From: Nageia nagi
Lineage: Eukaryota > Plantae > Pinophyta
Direction of reading: 5' to 3'
Length of the DNA: 64,000 nucleotides
Assembly (NCBI GenBank): GCA_050084985.1
Contig: JBITNC010000001.1
Coordinates: 5,084,001 to 5,148,000, forward strand
Part shown: positions 38,453-48,805 of the stretch, in pieces
Numbering within the stretch: the first letter of the stretch is position 1
Layout: each line of letters begins with the position of its first letter
The notes under the pieces: generated by a model
Database searches by the model: none
Seen by the model: the letters and a program-made list of their open reading frames with translations, nothing else
What the model was told of the DNA's origin: nothing
Translations under genes and position numbers: made by a program

Positions 38453-41400
38453 TGCGTTAGAAAGAATTTTGGATAATTATCCTGGACATTATGTTTACAT
38501 GACATGGTCTTAATAGAAACATTGTATAGATGTCTAAGTTATTCTATTGCAAAGAAATTACTAGATCACACTTAAAGGAATTTGTTAAGAATTTGGTATC
38601 AACAATAGTTTTGTCTGTCACTCAAGTTCAATAATGTTTATTATTATGTTTATGTTCTAATAATTTGCATTAACGTATGTGATTATAAGGCTTCAATTTT
38701 GATTTAGGATTTTTTTAATAAATATGCTAGTTCTACTAGACCTCATAAAAAGAGGAGAAATCACTTCAATTATGATATTGTTGTTCCTCATATTCTTATT
38801 CCAGTACTTACCTAAAGTTTACCATTCATTTTATCTCATGCAAAGGATGTAAAGAGTAATATGTTACATTTTTAGTAGCATATGGTGGGTTTTAGCCTAA
38901 ACTTGATAGCATATTTTATTGCATCTCATGTAAATTGGTTTATATCATTAGTAACTTTAATAGATTCTCTCCATATTTTAATTATCATATTTGCTTGTTT
39001 TCCTTGATATAAACTTGTAAGAATATAAAGTGTTTTTATTTTGATCAAATTACAATCATGAATGAAACCATCTACATGGAAACTGGACAAGAAATAATGA
39101 ATGCTTCTAGACCCTTATTAATGTAAGGACTTCATTACAAACCTTATGCTTGTAGGAAAAAGGGACTAAAATATAAGACTTTTCTTCTCGTTTATCAAAC
39201 AATAGAGTTCTATATTAGATTCATCAAATAATTAATCCACTCATTCATTTTGAAGTGGTAAATATGAATAACAAATATTTTTACAACATTTTATGGTAGG
39301 TTTTGATGGGTTTGTAAGATCTATTACAAGTAAAATCTTATTTGAATTTGATGAGAGTTTGGATCTTTCTCAGATCATGCATCACTTGAGCACAAATATG
39401 ATTGTGTATCTAAGGTGCAACCTCTTTGTATTGATTACCTTGATACTATGTTAATTTACTTTTTTAGTATGGGATACTCAATGACTCCCTATGATCTTAT
39501 TTTATTTTTTAAATATAGTTCTTATTTCATTTTAAAATTAGTTTGCATTAAAGCTTCTAAAATATAGTTTTATTTAATTGGTTTTATTTTGTTTAGATTA
39601 GTTTTTTAAAGTTTTATCATAGTTAATTAAGTTATTTAAAGTTACAATTGTTGATAAATTTTTAACTTTAATTAGTTTTGTTAAAATAAATGATTTTTTT
39701 AATGAAAAAGTGAAATTTATTAAATTAAATTTTTCCATATAAAAAAGTAGGTGGAATTAAGTACATCCCAAAGTTTACATTAATCATAGGTGGTTAGGAA
39801 AGCAAAAACTAAAAATAAACATTCGGCCAAAAAATTCAAAGTCAAGTGCTAAAACAACTAATTGTGCATTACCAACAATATGATTGGGGTGGAAGTTTTC
39901 ATCCTCAACTACATCAAGCCATCCATAGTCCAAGGTAATTGGGACATCCAACCGCTCATAATTGATATTGTAAGAAGCAGCACCACTAAGGTCATTATGA
40001 GCATGTTGATTTTTAATTCTACCATTAGTTTGCATTGTAATAGCATCATCTTCTCATCTAACCACTTGCTTTGAGATGGTAGGAGATGAACATCCCAACC
40101 AATATTATGGTAGGAGGAGCTAGCTTCACTTATGTTCAAACGTTTGTTCAAAGGTAGGGGTTGATACGAATGTCTACCAATAGAAGTAACCAAGGGATGA
40201 GAATGAGAACATCTATACGACTGAGAGCAAACATGGCCCCAATATTTGCAATGGCCTTGGGGGGAGGAGTTAGGTGGAATGCAACTAATAGAGTTGGAAG
40301 CATCACCCTAATGGTCTATTAGGCTATGTAAGTGTTGAACATCTATATTAATATTTTCCAATTGTACAAAAACCTATAACCAACAATTGTAGAAAACTGC
40401 ATATTTATCAACAAGTGGAAAAGAAATATAAGCCTCTTATTGAGAAAATATATTTTTGTTCCATTATTTCCAAATGTAAAATAAAATGCCAATATGGAAA
40501 ATATTCTTGACCTCAATAAGGTGCTCTAAAATATAAATACATGCACCCACGAAATAGAGTCAAGCATAAATGGTTTGAAGAAAGAAATATTAATCCACTC
40601 CCATATATCTTGGGCTTTTCTATAGTGCCAAAAAAGGTGAAGTCTTTAGGTTTCCCAAAAAAAATAATAAATAGGATTTCCCATGCCCAAGTATTTAATT
40701 TAATGTCTTATAGGAAACCCTTGATGAAGCAAGATCCAAGAAAATAAAGCCTTTTTTGGCTTAATGTAGGAGGCCCAAACTAATTTAAACTTGGTGCTCC
40801 AGTAAGACGGAAGAAAAACTAGGTCCTAACACTCATTTAGCTTGGAGGACATAGACAAATGAGAGGAAAGTCAAGAATAAACTAGGTGAGTTCTATGTTG
40901 AAGTAGAACAATATAATTAGAGAAGAATATGAAGTTCTCATGCTTGATATAGTGATCCAAGAATGTTATTAACAATCAAACTTCCAAATGTTGTAAAATG
41001 AAATCAACTTATCCTAAATGTAATTTTCCAATATGGTTGGAAAGAGATCAAGAATTTAAATTTTCAAAAAGTATTTAAATACCTTAAACAAAGCTATAGA
41101 TATCTAAGAATCTTAATTTGAAGGTCCCATGTCAAATACAAAGGATTATAGGCCTTATACAGGCTAGCTGGATCAAATTTAGCTTTCTCAGCTCAAAATA
41201 TATGATTTCCAAGATATTTGATGTGTTAACATCATAAAAGCAACATCCAAAGTTTGGGATCAATTCAAATAGATATCATTCTATGATTATTGAGGTTGTG
41301 AGGTGATGGTGTTAGCAATTCAATTTTCATGCTTTGACATTGAAACACACTAGTTTAATGTGGTCACTTCGAAGGGATATAACTTTGTTGATTCTTATTG

Positions 41401-43200
41401 AAACATATAAGTATTATATATCATTACAACTAGATTGAAACTATATATCCAATGATGAAATCCCAAGGGATTTTAGAGAAGAATTGATGGGTCAAAAATT
41501 AACTAGAACTAAAACATTCCATAGGGCTTACTGAACAAGACTGCGAAAGTGCATATAAGGATATTATGGATTCTAAGTGTGACACCAATAAAGTATGACA
41601 TATTATATATGGTTGGAAAAAGTATTGATTCCACCTATATAAAAAAAGGAATCATAACAAAAGAAGGTCTAGAAAAAAAATTATAATCTCTAGAAGAAAA
41701 CTGACTCTAAAATAGGGTAGTTTGAAACAACCATAAAAATATCCAAATCTATTGCATAATATCTACCCACCTATTTAAAATGAAATTAAATATTTGAAGA
41801 TCATATTGGAATAAATCCATAATACTTATGCAAAGATCTACAAGTGTTTTATCCTACAAATACACTTAGAAATGGAAGCAAATCATACAATCATAGAAAA
41901 GATTGCAAAACAAATTTCTTACTATTGTTATTATCAAATGAATGCCTAATTATTATAATAAAATATAACTTCATACCTATACATATCTTGATAAAGAAGA
42001 TGGAGTGTTTTATACTTTAATAAATTTCATAAAAGGACAAAATCCACTTAGGAAATGATGAGAAACATAAATTGATATCTAGTACTTTTAACATAAGATA
42101 TGGATGTCCATATTTCTACATCTAAAGAGGATCTAATGGATATTGTGAGAATTAAGAGATCAACTACATGCCTACAACAAAAATTAAATGGGTAACTTAA
42201 GTATATGTCTGGTAGTATCCATTGGCGGGATACAATTGTTAATCAAAATATTTGAATGTTCAAACTATGGTGTTAATACTAAAAATTGATTTACACCAAT
42301 TAATAATATTACTAATTAGCAATAGAATAATGATAATAATCAAGGATTTTATAATCAAACTTAACATATAAAATCTTAATTCAAGTGAACTTACGAACCT
42401 ATTACTTTACCTATAGCAGATATTGCAACTCATAACCAACTCAAAGATGTCATCGATCAACTATTCTCATGAATGGTAGCACCATACCAGACCTTCATAG
42501 AGCATTATTGCTTAGAACAAAGTGCCATTGCTTGATAATCCAAAAAAAAACCCTTATATCCTTTAATCATCATTATAAGGCCTACTTTGAAGCTATATTA
42601 TTTGTATGCGATAGATCAAATGATTGCAAGAATGAAGTATGCTCAAGTATAACGAAATCTAAATACGATAGGTAGCATTGAAGAAAATTAGTCAAGAGTA
42701 TTTTTTTTAGCACTTATCAAGGATCCAAATTATGTATTGATACATGATGCATAACCCTGAGTCACTTCCTTGATAGGAAATAGGTCTAGTGCTAAGGCTC
42801 CTCCTTGGGCTTATTAAGTTATAATGCCAAGATACCTTCTTGGGATTATCTCTAAACTAACCTATTGCTATAAAAAATAAAGGTAGTGAGAGTGCACAAT
42901 ACACAAAATAACAATAAATAATTTAAATAATCAATTAATTCTAGATACTTAAAAGATGTATTTTAATTAAATTAAAATTCCTTTTATGTGTTAACATATG
43001 CCTTGCCTTGGATATGTTTTGATATTTTTGGGATAAAAGGAAATCAAAGCATAATTCAAAGTATAACAAAGGATAAAAAAAGAAAATACTCCCCAAATTT
43101 TATCTTCATGCCAGTAGTTTGGGTGCTCTAGTTTTTACCAATATATTGCCACCTCTATGGCTTGGTTGTGAACATGATGGATATATCCTCATGGAAGAAA

Positions 43201-44655
43201 CCAAAGATAAAGACTAAGAAACCTGAAATCATCTCAAAATAGAAAAAAATTCCATATATAATATCTCAAATATAGATATTAAAGTTGACATGTATATCAT
43301 TTAGTGAAAGAAATCATTTACTTGTCCTTGGTGTCTTACCCCACAAAGGGTTTCCTCTACTTATTGAAGAGGAATTTTTCAATCAACTTATTGGAGAGGG
43401 CTTACCAAAAAGGATTACCTCAATCTTATTGACAAGGGATTATTTCCTTAACTTATTGAAGAGTTCTTAACAAGAGAGATTACCTCAAACTTACTGATGA
43501 GGGCTTGTTATCTCAAATTATTGAAGAGGGCTTACCAAAAGAGACTAGCTTGACTTATTGAAGAGGACTTACTAAAAATATTTTCCTTAACTAATTGAAG
43601 AAGGCTTACCAAAAGAGATTTACTCAACTTATTGAAGAAATCTTAACAAGTATCCAAGTATCATAATATATAAATTCAAGTTCAATTTTTTACATTTAAA
43701 AATCACTTCATCATCAATGAAAGAATAATTAATAAGTAAGCATTAGTTGTACTTACCTTTTTGATGATGATAACTATCATCATCTTGTTTCCTAAGTGAC
43801 ATAGCTTGAGGCATACTTACCACAATGATATTGCTCAAATAAGGTTGAAGGCTACTTACTAAACCTTTTCTTAAAGAATCATGAAACATGAGCCACTTTT
43901 TTACTAAGCTCCAATATCAAAATATCAAAAAAACCAAATACAGACTAAGGGACCTGCAATCACCTCAAAACAAAAAAAAATTTCCATATATAATATCTCA
44001 AATATAGACATTAAAGTTGATATGTATATCATTTAGTGAAATAAATCAAACCTATCCTTGGTGGCATACCCCACAAAGGGTTTCCTCTACTTATTGAAGA
44101 GGAATTTTTCCTTCAAATTATTGAAGAGGGCTTACCAAAAGATATTGCCTGAATCTTATTGAGGAGGGCTTGTTTCCATAACTTATTAAATAGGTATTAC
44201 TAGAAAAGATTACCTCAACCTTACTGATGAGGGCTTGTTACCTCAACTTATTGAAGAGGTCTTACCAAAAGAGACTACCTCGACTTATTGAAGAGGACTT
44301 ACCAAAAATATTTTCCTCAACTTATTGAAGAATGCTTACCAAAAGAGATTTCCTCAACTTATTTAAGAGAGATTAACAAGTATCCAACTATAATAATTTA
44401 TGAATTCAAGTTCAATATTTCACATTTAAAATCAATCCATCATAAAAGGAAGAATAAAGAACAAGTAAGCAATAGTTGTACTTACCTTTTTTATGATTAG
44501 AACCATCATTGTCTTGTTGATGGAGCGACATTTCTCGACACACATTTACTAGAGTGACATCGCTCAAATAAGGTTTAAAGCTACTTACTAAACCTTTTCT
44601 CAAAGAATCATGGAACATGAACCACCTCTTTATTGATCTCCAATATCAAAATATC
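43201..44655. repeat. Two ~730-bp tandem units, each containing a minisatellite of ~37-bp CTTATTGAAGAGGGCTTACCAAAAGAGATTTCCTCAA-like repeats
   Basis: Units begin at ~43201 and ~43934; minisatellites at ~43350-43630 and ~44085-44375. Confidence 0.85.
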
Positions 44656-45617
44656 TTATAAATGCATTCATACATCGAAATCATAATTTTTTAAAGGAAT
44701 ATCCATGTTGACCCAATTAAAAGGACTTACCAAATAAAATTTCTAATTTTAAAAGAACTAAAGAATCATAAAATCTTAAAGCAATATTCCATATATTGCC
44801 TCAATTAAGAGGAATTACCTTAAAACATACATTATTGAACTATCAAATCTCAAAAGTATTTAAGAAGCATCAAATCATTAAATGATAATAGTGGAACATC
44901 ATCAAGATTAGAGAATCATTAAGAATCATAGAGAATAAAATATAGTAATAAAACCATTTGTGAATTGAAATCTTTTGGGTTCCCAAGTGCAAAGGATATT
45001 CTGCAACATCAAAGCAAATGAATTGAATTCATTAAAACTGAACTAAGCCAAAAATCTAAAAACCACATTCTAACTTATTTTGAGCGGCATCGTCTAACAA
45101 TTACAATAAATATTGCTCAAAAATTGAATTTTAAGACTTTTAGAGACTTAAAATCTAAAATTTGAACTAATAATATAAATTTTTATCTAACTATGAGCAT
45201 TGATGCCCAAATTTTTACATAAAATTTTGATGTGAATTCAGCTATAACAGGAAAACAGAAATTGAAATCCAGTCACAGAACATACAGAAGAAATCCAGAC
45301 CAAAAATACTCGTCTTATTCCTGAATCCACATACTCTCCAAGAGAATACAATGCCCTTTAAATAGCCACAAAAAAAACAAAAAACCAAAATGAGTCAGAT
45401 TGCGCCCAAAATTTGCATGCGCATCCCTCTTACACTAATTAAGCAGTATCTAAAATATCCACCCTTAACTAGAAGAAAAACAAGAGTTACTAAAGGCGCA
45501 ACATGCAAAAAAGCCTAAAAATCAGGAGTGCTCTTAAAAAAGCCTATTTTTCAGGCCTTAGACGAATGAATCAGGCCTTAAAAATATCATTTTTTAGGTA
45601 TGGCAGTTCTAGCGAAC

Positions 45618-45925
45618 TCATAACTGGAAATTCGTCACGAAGCCACAGTTTAAATTTCGAAGCAAAACGACCTCCGGATCAAAAGTTACGGCCCCGGCAA
45701 CGCATGCATCATTCTCCTCGGGTGAAAAGAACTCAGCTCCTGCGAGTTCAACTGAGTGAAATTCCTGAAGCTTTTGGTTATCAAGCTTCTGTAACTCGGA
45801 CTCTGGAACCCAAGTATTAGATGAGGGTGGTAGGCCTTCCCATTGAACCAAATATCTGTTGTAGTTTCCATGCCGAGTAGTGGTAACCCTCTTATCAAGG
45901 ATACGGGCTACGCAATCTTTTTCTC
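45618..45925 (-). other. Chromodomain-coding segment, one frameshift from copy 1 ORF, extending into the 3' LTR
   Basis: ILDKRVTTTRHGNYNRYLVQWEGLPPSSNTWVPESEL in ORF 45618-46064; the stop lies inside the LTR. Confidence 0.85.
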
Positions 45926-48033
45926 TTCTTGGGAATCTGTTGAACCCAATCCACTGTATCTTGAAAGTCAGCATCCTCCAGATTACCAAAATACTGAAAT
46001 AAATCAGAAACGTTAAAAACTGGGGAGATATCAAAATCATCAGGCAATTCAACTCTATAAACATTATTATTGATTTTCTTCAGAATCTTGCATGGACCAA
46101 TCTTCTTAAGCTTCAGTTTATTATATGTCCTTGTAGTAAATCGCTCCTTTCGAAGATGGACCATGACCAAATCACCTTCTGTAAACACTTTCACCCGCCG
46201 ATGTGCATCCGCGGTTGTCTTATACTGAGCACTACTATGTTGTAATGGGGCTTTCACTGATTCTTGCACATCGTGTATATGCTCAGCAAAGGCTTCGGCT
46301 GCATCACTAACCTGTTCGCCCTTAATTTCGGCAAGAAACTCCTTTGTTGCCAATAAGCTCTCACTCGGTCCCTCCTCCTTCATGGGTAACAAAACTATCT
46401 TGACGCCATCCTTCCAGAATGTGTGAGTATTCTTTTTCCCATTATGTTCTGAATCTCTATCATACTGCCATGGCCTTCCTAACAGAATATGACATGCATC
46501 CATCGGAATCACATCACACCATACAGTATCCTTGTACGCCTTCCCAATGGAAAAACTTACTAAACACCTCTTATCAACAAGCACTGTATTTTTTTCCTTA
46601 ATCCAGGAAACACGATAAGGGGTCGGATGGGCTTCACATGTTAACTGTAACTTATCCACCATAACATCAGAGACCAAATTTTCACAACTCCCTCCATCAA
46701 TGACCACGTTACACACCTTTCCTCCTGAAGTGCATCTCGTGCGGAAAATGGTATTACGCAACCAAGAGTCCTCCTTATCCCCTTCCTGCATGCTTACTTT
46801 CTCAGGGATAGCAAGGGTCCTTCTTATCATGAGGGTTTCACCCGTGTCTGCAGCAACTTCAGTCTCAGCCTCCACCTCTTCTTCTTCTTCAACTAATGCG
46901 ACCCTAGCTGGACCCCTCTCCTCTGCATCATACTGAGGACATTCATATGCTTTATGCCCTTCTTCTCCACATCTATAACAGATGAATGGTTTCCCTGGTC
47001 CACGTCCGACCCTTCCACCGTTACCTCTTCCTCTTGGATATCCTCTTCCCCCTTGGAGGGTGTCTTGGCTCTGTCTTGTCTGATCCTCATTTTTCCCAAT
47101 CACCGAAGATTCACCCCTTACGAAGTTAGATCCACCTCGCCCTCTATTTGAAGAGGGTGTCGACCCGTTCTTTCCCCCTCTGCTACGTCTCGTAAGCTTC
47201 TCCTCAGCCTTCAAAGCCATCTGATATGCATCCTCTACAGTAAGAGTGCGATGCATACTTATCTCATCCTGGATAGAATAGCTGAGACCATTCACATACC
47301 TTGCAGCTCTCTGCTGGTCCGTCTCCTCATGCTCTACCCGAATGGATAATTTGTAGAACTCATTGGTGTAATCTTCGATGCTTTGGTCTCTCTGTCGAAG
47401 GTTCTGGAACCTCCGAAATAAGGTCTGGGAATAGTCAATAGGAATAAACTTTTCTTCTAATTTTTTTTTCATCTTGGCCCAAGCTCTGATCTTCTCTTTT
47501 CCCTTCTGCTGTCGAGATTTTTGTAAATGATCCCACCAGATCAATGCATGTCCCTTCAATTTCGTGCATGCAAGCTTCACCTTCTTATCCTCTGCAAGGT
47601 TTCTCCATTCAAAATACTTCTCTAGGCTATTAACCCAATCAATCAACTCTTCTGGTTTCAACCCACCAGCATACTCAGGAATGTCAATCTTAATCCCATC
47701 TTGATTTCCTTTCAGTCCCTCCAAGGCTTGGATTAATCGATTTTCAAAGCCTTGCCCAGCTTCTTCTGGGCGCATCGATTCTCCTTCCTCCTCAACGCCA
47801 GAGTCCTCTCCCCCAAACAGGCTCTCACTATCAGATCCTGGATGCGGGTACACATGGGGTATCCTCCCCCCCATGCGATTAATTGCACCAATCAATCGGG
47901 CAACTTTGGCGTGTAGGTCCTCAATCTGCTGATTCATATGGGCATACGCATCAGCTACACCTCTGTCGATACCTCTACCGACTCCTCGGCCGATGCCCCT
48001 ACCGACACCTCTACCTTGTCTCCTAGGCGGCAT
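45895..48033 (-). CDS. Gag-zinc knuckle-aspartic protease fused in frame to the integrase C-terminal (GPY/F) region, 712 aa (copy 1)
   Basis: Gag (KIDIPEY..ELIDW; FQNLRQ..SIEDYTNEF), CYRCGEEGHKAYEC, VIDGGSCENLVS, ILLGRPWQYD, then KLKLKKIGPCKILKKINNNVYRVELP..ISPVFNVSDL. No YxDD, RNaseH or DDE core. Confidence 0.9.
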   Translation of the reverse strand: MPPRRQGRGVGRGIGRGVGRGIDRGVADAYAHMNQQIEDLHAKVARLIGAINRMGGRIPHVYPHPGSDSESLFGGEDSGVEEEGESMRPEEAGQGFENRLIQALEGLKGNQDGIKIDIPEYAGGLKPEELIDWVNSLEKYFEWRNLAEDKKVKLACTKLKGHALIWWDHLQKSRQQKGKEKIRAWAKMKKKLEEKFIPIDYSQTLFRRFQNLRQRDQSIEDYTNEFYKLSIRVEHEETDQQRAARYVNGLSYSIQDEISMHRTLTVEDAYQMALKAEEKLTRRSRGGKNGSTPSSNRGRGGSNFVRGESSVIGKNEDQTRQSQDTLQGGRGYPRGRGNGGRVGRGPGKPFICYRCGEEGHKAYECPQYDAEERGPARVALVEEEEEVEAETEVAADTGETLMIRRTLAIPEKVSMQEGDKEDSWLRNTIFRTRCTSGGKVCNVVIDGGSCENLVSDVMVDKLQLTCEAHPTPYRVSWIKEKNTVLVDKRCLVSFSIGKAYKDTVWCDVIPMDACHILLGRPWQYDRDSEHNGKKNTHTFWKDGVKIVLLPMKEEGPSESLLATKEFLAEIKGEQVSDAAEAFAEHIHDVQESVKAPLQHSSAQYKTTADAHRRVKVFTEGDLVMVHLRKERFTTRTYNKLKLKKIGPCKILKKINNNVYRVELPDDFDISPVFNVSDLFQYFGNLEDADFQDTVDWVQQIPKKRKRLRSPYP

Positions 48034-48805
48034 CTTTTCCTTGGCTCTGGTACCAAATGATGTGAATTCAGCTATAACAGGAAAACAGAAATTGAAATCT
48101 AGTCACAGAACATACAGAAGAAATCCAGACCAAAAATACTCGTCTTATTCCTGAATCCACATACTCTCCAAGAGAATACAATGCCCTTTAAATAGCACAC
48201 AAAAAAACAAAAAACCAAAATGAGTCAGATTGCGCCCAAAATTTGCATGCGCATCCCTCTTACACTAATTAAGCAGTATCTAAAATATCCACCCTTAACT
48301 AGAAGAAAAACAAGAGTTACTAAAGGCGCAACATGCAAAAAAGCCTAAAAATCAGGAGTGCTCTTAAAAAAGCCTATTTTTCCAGGCCTTTAGACGAATG
48401 AATCAGGCCTTAAAAATATCATTTTTGTGGTAATGCAGTTCTAGCGAACTCATAAATGGAAATTCGTCACGAAGCCACAGTTTAAATTTCGAAGCAAAAC
48501 GACCCCCGGATCAAAAGTTACGGCCCCGGCAACGCATGCATCATTCTCTCGGGTGAAAAGAACTCACTCTGCGAGTTCAACTGAGTGAAATTCCTGAAGC
48601 TTTTGGTTATCAAGCTTCTGTAACTCGGACTCTGGAACCCAAGTATTAGATGAGGGTGTAGGCCTTCCCATTGAACCAAATATCTTTGTAGTTTCCATGC
48701 CGAGTAGTGGTAACCCTCTTATCAAGGATACGGGCTACGCAATCTTTTTCTTTCTTGGGAATCTGTTGAACCCAATCCACTGTATCTTGAAGCAGCATCC
48801 TCCAA

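Noticed and set aside
39784-40300. Short overlapping ORFs as a gene or second captured fragment
   Set aside because: No recognisable motif or splice structure.
43350-44375. CRISPR-like array of ~37-bp repeats
   Set aside because: Repeats are contiguous and degenerate with no unique spacers and no cas genes, in a eukaryotic LTR context.
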